Below, in pieces: positions 28,062-37,507 of a stretch of 40,746 nucleotides of DNA (positions are counted from its first letter, which is position 1; each line of letters starts with the position of its first letter). The stretch lies in the sequence record SRR20825006_392, one strand, 5' to 3'. Below the pieces are notes generated by a model. The model saw only the letters and a program-made list of their open reading frames with translations. It made no database searches and had not been told where the DNA came from. Both the position numbers and the translations under genes were made by a program.

Positions 28062-30524
28062 TTATTCTGCCGCAACATTTTTGCGGTTGCCGCGATCGGC
28101 GCTCAGCTCGTCTGAAGAAAAGTCATCCACTTGGATCACTTTGTCCGTTGCTTCATCAGCCGCACGCAAAATCCCGGCCTCATTATCGTTCAAAATACCT
28201 TTTTCCACCGCATCATCAATGGCATCACGGTCAAGGCGACGCGCAATCTCGCCTTTCTTCAAGGCGCGGATAAAGCGCTTTTCAATCTCTTCCGCTTCTT
28301 CCACTTTCTGCAATGTATCTTCCAAAATGCCTGTACGGTCATTTGGATCAAAGCTCACGAAGATGTCGCGCGTCAAGCGATCACGCTGTTCAGAGTGACG
28401 CAGCATGGCTTTTGCCAAACGATAATTTTCCCGGTCTGATGAGCCTTTTGCACGGCGACCCAATGGGAACACCAAAAAGCGCATTAACACCCGTAAAGCT
28501 GGATTTGGGAAGTTGTTGAATACCTGATCAAAGCTATGTTCAATCGCAGCGAACCGATCTTCAGCGATAGCTTGCACAATCGGCAGATCATCCGCAATCG
28601 CACCATCATCTTCCCACCGCTTCAAAGTGGTCGACATCAAATAAAGGTCAGACAAAATGTCCGCCATGCGGCCAGAAATGCGTTGCTTGCGTTTCAAATC
28701 GCCGCCCAAGAATGCAACAACCCAGTCACCCACAAGCGCAAAGTTTTGCGCATAGCGGTGCAAGCGCTGATAGTAGATCTTGGTAGGGCCATTGCGTGGT
28801 GAGGACGCAAAACGACCAAAGGTCAGACTGTGCAAGAAGCTCGCGAGAATGTTGCGCAACATAAAGCCTGTGTGCCCTGCAAAGGCCTTATCGAATGCCT
28901 TTTGCCCTTCAGCAACATTGTCATTCTGTGCCGCTGAAATCTCTTTATATAGAAACGGGTGTGCCCGCAGTGCGCCTTGCGCAAAGGTGATCAATGTGCG
29001 GGTCAAAATATTCGCCCCTTCCACGGTGATCGCCACTGGCGTTGCCTGATAGCCAGAGAACAAATAGTTCGATGGGCCATCACAAACTGCACGACCGCCA
29101 TGCACATCCATCGCGTCGTTAATCCGCTCACGCATTGCGTCAGTTGTGCGATATTTCAAAAGCGCTGAAATCACAGAAGGCTTTTGCCCTTCATCCACCA
29201 TGGCAGCGGTTGTGGCCCGTGCGCCCTCAAACATATAGGCAGACTTCACCAAACGCGCGATTGGCTCTGCCACGCCTTCCATCATCCCGATGGAAATACC
29301 AAACTGACGACGGATACGTGCATAAGCTGACGTCACCCGCAGGGCTTGTTTGATGGATACGGTGCCGATGGCAGGCAGTGAAATCGCCCGACCTGTAGAC
29401 AAACATTCCATCAACATGCGCCAACCTTGGCCGCAATATTCGGTGCCGCCAATAATCCAATCCAGCGGAATAAACACATCCTTGCCAGAGTTTGGACCAT
29501 TCATAAAGGCAGAACGGGCTGGATAGTGACGACGTCCAATATTCACCCCTTCATGATCAGTTGGGATCAAGGCCAATGTGATGCCCACATTGGTGCCTTT
29601 GCCCAACCGATTCTCTGGGTCATAAAGATTGAAGGCCAAGCCAAGCAATGTGGCAACGGGGCCAAGCGTGATGTAACGCTTTTCCCAATTCAGCTTCACG
29701 CCGAGAACTTTCTTGCCCTCATGCATACCTTCGCACACAACGCCTACGTCGCGCATACCTGCTGCGTCCGAACCAGCGTGCGGTGCAGTAAGGGCGAAAC
29801 AAGGCACCTCTTTACCTGTCGCCAAACGCTCCAAATATTTATCTTGCTGTTCTTTGGTGCCGTATTTTTCGAGCAATTCGCCCGGCCCCAAAGAGTTGGG
29901 CACCATAACGGTAATCCCGGCCGCAATTGAGCGCCCCGCAATCTTAGAAACGATCATTGATTGTGCTTGAGCAGAAAAGCCCAAACCGCCATGGTCTTTG
30001 GAAATCAACATGCCCAAAAAGCCATTATCTTTAAGGAACTGCCAAACTTCCTCTGGCATATCTGCCCGATTGTGGCGCGTGTCCCAATCGTCAATCATTT
30101 TACAGGCTTCTTCGGTTGGCCCGTCTAAAAATGCCTGCTCTTCTTCTGTCAAATGCGGCTTTTCAATATCAAGCAATTTGTTCCAACGCGGACGCCCAGA
30201 AAACAATTCTGCATCCCAACCTACAGTGCCAGCATCCAGCGCTTCCTGCTCTGTGCGCGATACACGAGGCAAAATGGATTTTACGGCTTTATAAATATGG
30301 TTGGTGAGCACAAGCCGACGGATCATCGGCACGCTGAGCAACAAGAACACCGCACCCGGGATAAAAGCGAGAATGGCCACAAAGTTGAGAGACAATGCGC
30401 CATTCAGCGCCAACACCAAAGCGGCGTATGCAAGCGCGGCTAGCCCCCAAAAAATGAGCTTGGCTTCGAACAGCGCCAAAGCAACAAATCCAACAATAAA
30501 GATTAGCGTCATTAATAGTGTCAT
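28062..30524 (-). CDS. fadE: Acyl-CoA dehydrogenase, large FadE type
   Basis: 820 aa; N-terminal TM segments, VSRTEQEALDAGTVGWD, VMVPNSLGPGELL, CFALTAPHAGSDA, WEKRYITL, ITVEGANILTR. Confidence 0.93.
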   Translation of the reverse strand: MTLLMTLIFIVGFVALALFEAKLIFWGLAALAYAALVLALNGALSLNFVAILAFIPGAVFLLLSVPMIRRLVLTNHIYKAVKSILPRVSRTEQEALDAGTVGWDAELFSGRPRWNKLLDIEKPHLTEEEQAFLDGPTEEACKMIDDWDTRHNRADMPEEVWQFLKDNGFLGMLISKDHGGLGFSAQAQSMIVSKIAGRSIAAGITVMVPNSLGPGELLEKYGTKEQQDKYLERLATGKEVPCFALTAPHAGSDAAGMRDVGVVCEGMHEGKKVLGVKLNWEKRYITLGPVATLLGLAFNLYDPENRLGKGTNVGITLALIPTDHEGVNIGRRHYPARSAFMNGPNSGKDVFIPLDWIIGGTEYCGQGWRMLMECLSTGRAISLPAIGTVSIKQALRVTSAYARIRRQFGISIGMMEGVAEPIARLVKSAYMFEGARATTAAMVDEGQKPSVISALLKYRTTDAMRERINDAMDVHGGRAVCDGPSNYLFSGYQATPVAITVEGANILTRTLITFAQGALRAHPFLYKEISAAQNDNVAEGQKAFDKAFAGHTGFMLRNILASFLHSLTFGRFASSPRNGPTKIYYQRLHRYAQNFALVGDWVVAFLGGDLKRKQRISGRMADILSDLYLMSTTLKRWEDDGAIADDLPIVQAIAEDRFAAIEHSFDQVFNNFPNPALRVLMRFLVFPLGRRAKGSSDRENYRLAKAMLRHSEQRDRLTRDIFVSFDPNDRTGILEDTLQKVEEAEEIEKRFIRALKKGEIARRLDRDAIDDAVEKGILNDNEAGILRAADEATDKVIQVDDFSSDELSADRGNRKNVAAE

Positions 30525-30656
30525 TTCACCCTCCCAAACGGGCCTTCGGACAACTCTTATAGCCCATTAGACTGACCATAAGTTTTTGCCTTTTTTGCGA
30601 CATGCGCAACCACATTTAATAGGCCACAAGAGCCTTGGATCGCGATATTGGCACAT

Positions 30657-30674
30657 ATTCACGTTAACGTCAAT
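30657..30674. promoter_or_regulatory. LiuR-type (MerR family) operator, fadE side
   Basis: ATTCACGTTAACGTCAAT, one mismatch from a perfect palindrome; overlaps a minus-strand TTGACG -35 element. Confidence 0.75.
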
Positions 30675-30776
30675 CAAATGACTTTATCGGCAATAAGCTG
30701 AATTTCGCCGTAAAAACATAAGCATAACGCGTCAGAATGGATTTTGTTCATTTTCCAACTAAAATTACGTCGCTTA

Positions 30777-30807
30777 ATTGACGTTAACGTCAATATCTGA
30801 ATATAAT
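30777..30807 (+). promoter_or_regulatory. LiuR-type operator overlapping the fadD promoter
   Basis: Perfect 18-bp palindrome ATTGACGTTAACGTCAAT (30777-30794) within TTGACG-18 bp-TATAAT. Confidence 0.8.
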
Positions 30808-30859
30808 TTAGGAACCCGCGCAAGAGGGGGCGCGTTTTTGGGGCATGAGGGAGCAGAAC

Positions 30860-32566
30860 ATGACCGACAAGATAAAGCATAAGCCATACCAGCCTTGGAT
30901 TGAGAATTATCCTGAAGGCATTGATTATTTTGCTGAGATCGACACAACGCCCGTGCCCACCCGAATTGAGCAGGCCGTTAAAGAACATGCCTCGCTGATC
31001 GCCATGGATTTTCTGGGCGCCGAAACCAGCTATGCTGAAATGGGCGACCAGATCGAACGCATGGCAGGCGCCCTGCAAAAAGAGCTAGGCATCAAAAAGG
31101 GAAGCCGTGTGGCACTGTTGCTGCCCAACACCCCCTTCTTCCCCGTCATTTATTATGCCGCGCTGAAAGTCGGTGCCTCCATCGTCAATTGCAACCCGCT
31201 CTACACCCATTCAGAATTGACTCACATTCTGAAAAACTCCGATGCGGATATTCTAGTCACCACCGACCTGAAATTGACATTGGAAAAAGCCGAAAAGCTG
31301 ATACAGGAGAACCTTGCTGACAAGCTGGTTGTTTCGCATTTCCCAACTGCCCTCCCCACTTTGAAGAAGTTTCTGTTCAAAATCTTCAAAGGTAAGGATT
31401 TGGCCAAAGTTGAAAGCCCTTCAGTTCAGCAAAAAACCATCAACTGGCACGATTTGCTGGACAAAAACCTGAAGGCAGATCCTGTCGAAATCGACAAAGA
31501 TGATATGGCAGTGCTGCAATTCACTGGCGGCACAACGGGCTTGCCAAAAGCTGCAGTTTTGACCCATGGCAATATCGCCGCCAACTTAAGCCAAATCGAC
31601 CTTTGGGGCGTGGACCTTTTCCGCCCGCCAGCAACCTTGGCCGCAGTTATTCCATTTTTCCACATTTTTGCGATGACCGTGTGCATGAACACCCCGCTCA
31701 CCAGCGGCGTAAAAGTCGCCATGTTGCCGCGCTATGAGCGCAAATCCCTGCTCGAAATGATCAATCGCACACGCGCCAGCATTTTGCCCGCAGTGCCAAC
31801 TTTGTCTCACGCGCTGGCCACTGCGCCAGAGCGCGAAAAATATGATCTGAGCAGCCTTAAAATCGGCATTTCTGGCGGCGCGGCGTTGCCCAATGAAACC
31901 AAGCAGGCCTTCGCCAAAGCAACTGGCGGCCGTATCGCTGAGGGCTATGGCCTAACTGAAACATCGCCCGTGCTATGCTGCTCACCGCTTTACGCACCAA
32001 ATAAAGACAATTCGATTGGCATGCCGCTGCCCGGCACCGATGTGCAGTTTTTGGATGTGGAAGACCCAACCAAATTTGTAGCACCAGGCGAGCGCGGCGA
32101 GCTGGTCGCAAAAGGGCCGCAAGTCATGCCCGGCTATCTCGATAATGATGAAGCCAACGAAAAGTCCTTCTTTGAAGGCTATTTCCGCACTGGCGATGTG
32201 GGCTATGTCGATGAAGATGGTCACATCTATATCGTCGACCGGATCAAAGACATCATCATTTGCTCTGGCTTCAACGTTTATCCCCGCACCATTGAGGACG
32301 CATTATATCAACATTCAGATGTGGATGAGTGCAACGTGATTGGGGTGGAAGATGAATATCGCGGCGAAGCGCCCATCGCCTTTGTGAAGCGCGTTGAAGG
32401 CTCAACACTCACCGAAGAACAAATGCGCGAGCACCTCAAGCAATATCTGTCCAAAATCGAAATGCCACGCGAAATCATTTTCAAAAGCGAGCTACCAAAA
32501 ACACTGGTGGGCAAATTGTCTAAAAATGATTTGCGCGATGAATATAACAAGCTGAAGAAAAGCTAA
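30860..32566 (+). CDS. fadD: Long-chain fatty acid--CoA ligase
   Basis: LQFTGGTTGLPK, EGYGLTETSP, KGPQVMPGY, FRTGDVG, SGFNVYP, LPKTLVGKL; GAGGGAG SD before ATG 30860. Confidence 0.93.
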   Translation: MTDKIKHKPYQPWIENYPEGIDYFAEIDTTPVPTRIEQAVKEHASLIAMDFLGAETSYAEMGDQIERMAGALQKELGIKKGSRVALLLPNTPFFPVIYYAALKVGASIVNCNPLYTHSELTHILKNSDADILVTTDLKLTLEKAEKLIQENLADKLVVSHFPTALPTLKKFLFKIFKGKDLAKVESPSVQQKTINWHDLLDKNLKADPVEIDKDDMAVLQFTGGTTGLPKAAVLTHGNIAANLSQIDLWGVDLFRPPATLAAVIPFFHIFAMTVCMNTPLTSGVKVAMLPRYERKSLLEMINRTRASILPAVPTLSHALATAPEREKYDLSSLKIGISGGAALPNETKQAFAKATGGRIAEGYGLTETSPVLCCSPLYAPNKDNSIGMPLPGTDVQFLDVEDPTKFVAPGERGELVAKGPQVMPGYLDNDEANEKSFFEGYFRTGDVGYVDEDGHIYIVDRIKDIIICSGFNVYPRTIEDALYQHSDVDECNVIGVEDEYRGEAPIAFVKRVEGSTLTEEQMREHLKQYLSKIEMPREIIFKSELPKTLVGKLSKNDLRDEYNKLKKS

Positions 32567-32955
32567 TGGGCGACCAAAAAGAACTTTACGCCATCACAGA
32601 ATTGGCGAAGGAATTCGACATCTCCACCCGCACGATCCGGTTTTATGAATCCAAAGGACTTTTAAAGCCGGATCGGGTGGGCACCACCCGTGTGTTTCGC
32701 CGTCGGGACCGCACCAGATTATTGCTCATCTTGCGCGGCAAAAGGCTCGGCTTTTCTCTCAAAGAAATTTCTGAATATCTAGAGCTTTATGATGCTGATC
32801 GCACGAAAACGGCGCAAACACAGCATTTGCTCAATCGGGTCAACTCTCGCCTTGATCAGCTCAAAGCGCAAAAGCATGACCTTGAAAAAGCCATTGAAGA
32901 ACTTGAAGGCATGCGCAGCTATGCCCTCGAACAACTGAACAAGAAAAGCGCTTAG
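32566..32955 (+). CDS. MerR family regulator, LiuR-like
   Basis: YAITELAKEFDISTRTIRFYE..RLLLILRGKRLGFSLKEI; TAATG coupling to fadD; matching palindromes upstream. Confidence 0.88.
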   Translation: MGDQKELYAITELAKEFDISTRTIRFYESKGLLKPDRVGTTRVFRRRDRTRLLLILRGKRLGFSLKEISEYLELYDADRTKTAQTQHLLNRVNSRLDQLKAQKHDLEKAIEELEGMRSYALEQLNKKSA

Positions 32956-33542
32956 CCGACCTGATCCACCGGGGCTGCGTGCGCCTCATGGTTATACACA
33001 TCTAGAATGTGGGAACCTTTAAACGGATCACGCTGTATCAAATACCGGCGATAATCGGCTTGCCCTTTTCTTTGCTCGCCCTGCTGCGGCAACTCATCTT
33101 GGCTTCGCCGTCGATCTGGCCCGAAATAATCTTCAGTTTCGTAATATTTCAACGGCTTGCTAATTTGCCGTTTCAATCGCGCGTCCATAAATTTCAACGA
33201 ACACGGGAACTGCAAAATATCGTCCAGCCCCATCGCGACATAATCGTGAATTTGCTGCCGTGATAGATCACGTGCCAACAAAATCATCGGGGAAAAACGA
33301 TGTCGCTCATGCTTATGTTGGCGCACGGTGCGAATGGCAGTTTGTACTTCGTGGCGAGGGCTCGTATGCGTTAAAAAGCAAAATTGCAATGGTCGAGCAA
33401 ATGGCACAACATTGATACTTTTTGTATCGTGAATATGCTCAATTTGACCAAAGCCAAGCTCTGCCAACACTGTATGGAAACTTTTTGCCCACGCCCCGTC
33501 AGCGCAAATGATAAACGCGCAACTTCTCTTAAACATGCTCAA
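32952..33542 (-). CDS. Degenerate receiver-domain protein with YFGPDRR motif (Cle-like)
   Basis: CheY-like pattern (PMILL, GLDDILQFP) followed by YFGPDRRR; start may be ATG 33536. Confidence 0.7.
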   Translation of the reverse strand: MSMFKRSCAFIICADGAWAKSFHTVLAELGFGQIEHIHDTKSINVVPFARPLQFCFLTHTSPRHEVQTAIRTVRQHKHERHRFSPMILLARDLSRQQIHDYVAMGLDDILQFPCSLKFMDARLKRQISKPLKYYETEDYFGPDRRRSQDELPQQGEQRKGQADYRRYLIQRDPFKGSHILDVYNHEAHAAPVDQVG

Positions 33543-33669
33543 ATCTTAATCTGCCTAAAATATCCAAATATTAGGCGGCAAATTCCTTATCGAATTGCGA
33601 ACCCTGCACTCAAATTCACAGATTCAAATATTTAAGGTTTATATAAGGTAAAATACTTATCGTGCTTTA

Positions 33670-34257
33670 TCAGATTTCAATCTGATCAGCGCCTTGGGTT
33701 TCTTCAGGATCAAACTTTTGAACATCCATAACCGCCACCCCATGTTCTGGGCTGCGGATAAAGGTGCGACGTTCATAAGAACGTGTGCCAAATCTAGGTT
33801 TTATACCCGCTTCACCTTCAAAAAAGGCCCGACGATCCGGGCCAAAATAATCCTGGGTGATAAAATAGGAAATAGGACTCATCAACTGGTTATGCATGCG
33901 GTGGCGCAACATGCCTTTGGTGCAGGGGAATTGAATAACGTCATCAAATCCCAGCTCCACCATTTGCCGCAATTGCTTTTCCACCAGCTCACGCGCCATC
34001 AATATGGCTGGCGAATATTTTACATCACCGCGGGGATACATGCGTAAAATGCGCAAGGCCTTCATCATAAAGTGAAGACCAACAGCTTGCTGGAAAAAAA
34101 CGAAATTTATGTGGTCCGGGTCAATCGCACCCTCAAAATGGTCAACATTTGCCACAATCTCAACATGCCCCACACCAAGACTACTTAAGTTGTCTCGAAA
34201 GGCATTTGGCCATGCGCCTGATTCCGCGCAAACAATTGCAACTGTTCTATCCAGCAT
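33670..34257 (-). CDS. Degenerate receiver-domain protein with YFGPDRR motif (Cle-like), paralog of the adjacent gene
   Basis: PAILMAR, GFDDVIQFPC, DYFGPDRR; co-linear similarity with 32952-33542. Confidence 0.7.
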   Translation of the reverse strand: MLDRTVAIVCAESGAWPNAFRDNLSSLGVGHVEIVANVDHFEGAIDPDHINFVFFQQAVGLHFMMKALRILRMYPRGDVKYSPAILMARELVEKQLRQMVELGFDDVIQFPCTKGMLRHRMHNQLMSPISYFITQDYFGPDRRAFFEGEAGIKPRFGTRSYERRTFIRSPEHGVAVMDVQKFDPEETQGADQIEI

Positions 34258-34366
34258 TTAACTGCCCAGCAAATTTACTGGAACAAAATCTAGTTATATT
34301 TGAATAAAACACAACTTAAAATTTACAAGCTACTTTCTTATCAACCAAAAGCCACCTCAAAAAACT

Positions 34367-34396
34367 ATTTGACCAATTTTGCATTTTCGGTCAAAT
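34367..34396. promoter_or_regulatory. Putative TetR operator
   Basis: ATTTGACC-14 bp-GGTCAAAT inverted repeat just upstream of the tetR gene, containing a TTGACC -35-like hexamer. Confidence 0.6.
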
Positions 34397-34429
34397 TGTC
34401 AAAAATTCAAATTTGAGGCAAAAATATTT

Positions 34430-35152
34430 ATGGCAAACAACACGCTTTTGGTTGATCTCGACATCAGCGAACGCGAACAGGATATCTATGCTGCGGCCGA
34501 GCGACTTCTGGTCAAATTCGGCTATGACAAAACCACTGTTTCAGACATTGCAACCGAAGCCGGCATCTCAAAAGGTGCCGTTTATCTCCATTTCAACTCA
34601 AAAGATGAGTTGGTGGAAAAGCTTTTGGTGCGCGCCATGCTCGGCTTTTCAGCAGATTGGTTCACCGCCATTGAAGAAGACCCACAAGGCGGCCTGATCG
34701 GCAATATGTATCTCAACATGCTCAAAGTAATTGATCGCACGCCGCTCATGGCCGTGATCATGCGGCAAGATGGCGGCATCCTCGGCAACTACCTCAAAAA
34801 GAAAGACAATTTTTTCACCAAAAACCAACGCCAGGGCATGCGCCACGAATTTGTGGCCCTAATGCAGCAGGCCGGTGCAATCCGCGAAGAATTAGACCCG
34901 AAAGTGGTAGCGCATATCATGGATATGATCAGCTTCGGCATGGTCACCATTTCAGAATTTGTACCCAGTGAGCACATTCCCCCAACCGATGATGTGGTGA
35001 AGGGCATTGCCGATTTTATGCAACGCGCCCTCACCCCTGAAAACGGCGCCGACAGTGAAACCGGCAAACGCATTCTGCGCCAACTTTATACTGAAGCTCA
35101 AAAAGAATTTATCGCCGCGCAGCTGGCCAATGCTGCCTCAAAGGAGAGTTAA
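34430..35152 (+). CDS. TetR/AcrR family transcriptional regulator
   Basis: GYDKTTVSDIATEAGISKGAVYLHFNSKDEL HTH; start chosen at MANNTL. Confidence 0.92.
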   Translation: MANNTLLVDLDISEREQDIYAAAERLLVKFGYDKTTVSDIATEAGISKGAVYLHFNSKDELVEKLLVRAMLGFSADWFTAIEEDPQGGLIGNMYLNMLKVIDRTPLMAVIMRQDGGILGNYLKKKDNFFTKNQRQGMRHEFVALMQQAGAIREELDPKVVAHIMDMISFGMVTISEFVPSEHIPPTDDVVKGIADFMQRALTPENGADSETGKRILRQLYTEAQKEFIAAQLANAASKES

Positions 35153-36013
35153 ATGATCCGTGTAGAAAATTTGCAATTCGCCTATGCCGGCGCGTCGAAA
35201 GACACGCTTAAAGGCCTCGATTTTAACATCGACAAGGGCGAAATTTTAGGCTTTCTCGGGCCATCAGGCTCTGGCAAATCCACCACACAGAAAATCATGA
35301 TCGGCCTGCTGAAAAACTATCGCGGCTCCATCAAAGTGATGGATAAGGAAGTTTATGATTGGGACAATACGCTTTATGAGCATATTGGCGTTTCATTTGA
35401 ATTGCCCAATCATTATCTCAAGCTCACCGCTCGCGAAAATTTGGAGCATTTTGCAGGCTTTTATAAACATATCGAGTTCGACCCCGACACGGTTCTGAAA
35501 TGGGTCGATTTGCACAATGATGCCGATAAATTGGCATCAGACTTCTCCAAAGGCATGAAGATCCGCCTCAATGTGGCCCGTGCATTGATGCACAATCCCA
35601 AAATTCTATTCCTCGATGAGCCAACATCAGGCCTCGACCCTGTCAACGCAAAACGCATTAAAGATCTGGTGTTGAGTTTGCGCGAAAAAGGCACAACCAT
35701 TTTCGTCACCACCCACAATATGAGCTTGGCGGACGAGTTGTGCGACCGTGTCGCCTTCATCACCAATGGTAAAATTTCAACCATCGATGCACCGGAAAAA
35801 CTGAAGGCCAAATATGGCAAGCGCAGCGTGCGTGTGGATTATGTCGACAATGACAATCTGATCAATAAGGAGTTTGAGTTAGATGGCCTTGGCCACAACC
35901 AGGATTTCCTAAAACTCATTCAGTCCGATCGTCACATTGAACGCATCCACACCCAAGAAACCACGCTCGACAATATCTTCATTGAAGTGACGGGTAAGGA
36001 ATTGGTGCAATGA
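35153..36013 (+). CDS. ABC exporter ATP-binding protein (Rv2688c fluoroquinolone-export-like)
   Basis: GPSGSGKST, FSKGM, LFLDEPTSGLDP, TTHNM; GVSFELPNHY typical of this subfamily. Confidence 0.9.
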   Translation: MIRVENLQFAYAGASKDTLKGLDFNIDKGEILGFLGPSGSGKSTTQKIMIGLLKNYRGSIKVMDKEVYDWDNTLYEHIGVSFELPNHYLKLTARENLEHFAGFYKHIEFDPDTVLKWVDLHNDADKLASDFSKGMKIRLNVARALMHNPKILFLDEPTSGLDPVNAKRIKDLVLSLREKGTTIFVTTHNMSLADELCDRVAFITNGKISTIDAPEKLKAKYGKRSVRVDYVDNDNLINKEFELDGLGHNQDFLKLIQSDRHIERIHTQETTLDNIFIEVTGKELVQ

Positions 36014-36735
36014 CCCGACTTTGGAACCAGTTTAAAACCGATGTGCGGGTTCAGTTCCGCAACAAGCTTTATCACATTGGCATTGTCATCTCGGCGCTCA
36101 TCGCAATCGTCTTGTCGCAATTGGTCAATATGGAGCAATTGGGCTTGGCCTTCCCTGCTCTTGTTGTCCTCATCATTGGCGGCACGACCATGCTTTATGT
36201 TGCGGGCATGGTGATCTTTGAAAAAGATGAAGGCACCATCGCCGCCACCGTCATTACGCCTCTGCGTGACCGAGAATATTTAATGGCGAAAGTATGCTCA
36301 CTGGTCATGCTGGCCACGCTGGAAACCTTCATTTCTCTGGCCGGCGCAATCGCCATTCTTTCGTTTAAAGAGCCAATCATCTTGCCAAATCCTCTTTGGC
36401 TGGTTTTGGGCATTCTCTCTATCGGCACGGTGTTTACGCTGATCGGCATCGCCTTGGTTGTGCGCTATAAAACCATCACTGATTTCCTGCTGCCCATGGC
36501 CTTTGTTGCGGTGACCTTGCAATTGCCGTTTCTTTATTTCCTCGGGCTTGTGAAACATTGGAGCTTGCTCATCATCCCCACCAGCGCCCCAACCATGGTT
36601 ATCATGGGGGCCTATCGCCAATTGGCTGGGTGGGAGCAGATTTACGCCATTGCTTACACGTCAATATTGCTGGTTGTCCTTACCTTCTGGGCCAAGGCCG
36701 CCTTTGACAAACATATTATTGAAAAGATGGGATAG
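36010..36735 (+). CDS. ABC exporter permease subunit 1
   Basis: About 6 TM segments, FEKDEGT..VITPL motif; ATGA overlap with the ATPase gene. Confidence 0.85.
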   Translation: MTRLWNQFKTDVRVQFRNKLYHIGIVISALIAIVLSQLVNMEQLGLAFPALVVLIIGGTTMLYVAGMVIFEKDEGTIAATVITPLRDREYLMAKVCSLVMLATLETFISLAGAIAILSFKEPIILPNPLWLVLGILSIGTVFTLIGIALVVRYKTITDFLLPMAFVAVTLQLPFLYFLGLVKHWSLLIIPTSAPTMVIMGAYRQLAGWEQIYAIAYTSILLVVLTFWAKAAFDKHIIEKMG

Positions 36736-36739
36736 ACCA

Positions 36740-37507
36740 ATGCTGTCCACTGCTCATATCAAACGCCTAACCCAAACCGACCTCAAATTGATCGCGCGTG
36801 ACCGCTTCTTGCTGCTCATGTTCAGCTTTATGGTCATCATGGCACTGGCCGTTCGCTTTCTGCTGCCCGCGCTTGATCAGCAATTGCAGGCCAATGGCAT
36901 TATGCCCGGCCCCAATTTCCCTGATCCGCTGTCCGCCTATTTCCCTTTGTTGATTGGCTACCTGATCGTCTTTCAAGGCACGCTGCTTGCTGGCGCGATT
37001 TACGGTTTTCTTTTCCTTGATGAAAAGGAAGATAAAACCCTCGTTGCCATGCAGGTTACACCCATCAAAATCAGCCAATTTATTGGCTTCCGTTTGGCCG
37101 TGCCTGCCTTGCTAAGCTTTGTTGCCTATTTGGGCATGATCTACACCGTGGGCATGCACGTGCCACCTTTGTCACAAAACATTATTATTGGCGCCACGGC
37201 CTGCCTAACCTCGCCCATCACTGCTTTGTTTTATGCGGTGTTTGCGCAAAACAAACTGCAAGGGTTTGGCATGGCAAAATTCACCGCGGTTGCTGGCTGG
37301 ATCATTCTCGGTGGATGGTTCATCCCACAACCTTTCGATTGGCTTGCAGGCATTTTCCCACCCTTCTTCGCCACCAAAGCCTATTGGATGGTGCTTGATG
37401 GCGACCCGAACTGGTGGATCGCAATCCTATTGGGCATCGTCACCCAATTGGCGCTGATCTTCATCATGCTCTCCATGCTGCGCAAAACACTCAACCGACT
37501 GGCCTAG
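36740..37507 (+). CDS. ABC exporter permease subunit 2
   Basis: About 6 TM segments, LDEKEDKTLVAMQVTP and AQNKLQGFGMAK; start chosen at MLSTAH. Confidence 0.85.
   Translation: MLSTAHIKRLTQTDLKLIARDRFLLLMFSFMVIMALAVRFLLPALDQQLQANGIMPGPNFPDPLSAYFPLLIGYLIVFQGTLLAGAIYGFLFLDEKEDKTLVAMQVTPIKISQFIGFRLAVPALLSFVAYLGMIYTVGMHVPPLSQNIIIGATACLTSPITALFYAVFAQNKLQGFGMAKFTAVAGWIILGGWFIPQPFDWLAGIFPPFFATKAYWMVLDGDPNWWIAILLGIVTQLALIFIMLSMLRKTLNRLA

Noticed and set aside
30674..31078. 134-aa minus-strand ORF across the fadD promoter
   Set aside because: It overlaps the fadD 5' end and the operator/promoter DNA and has no family features
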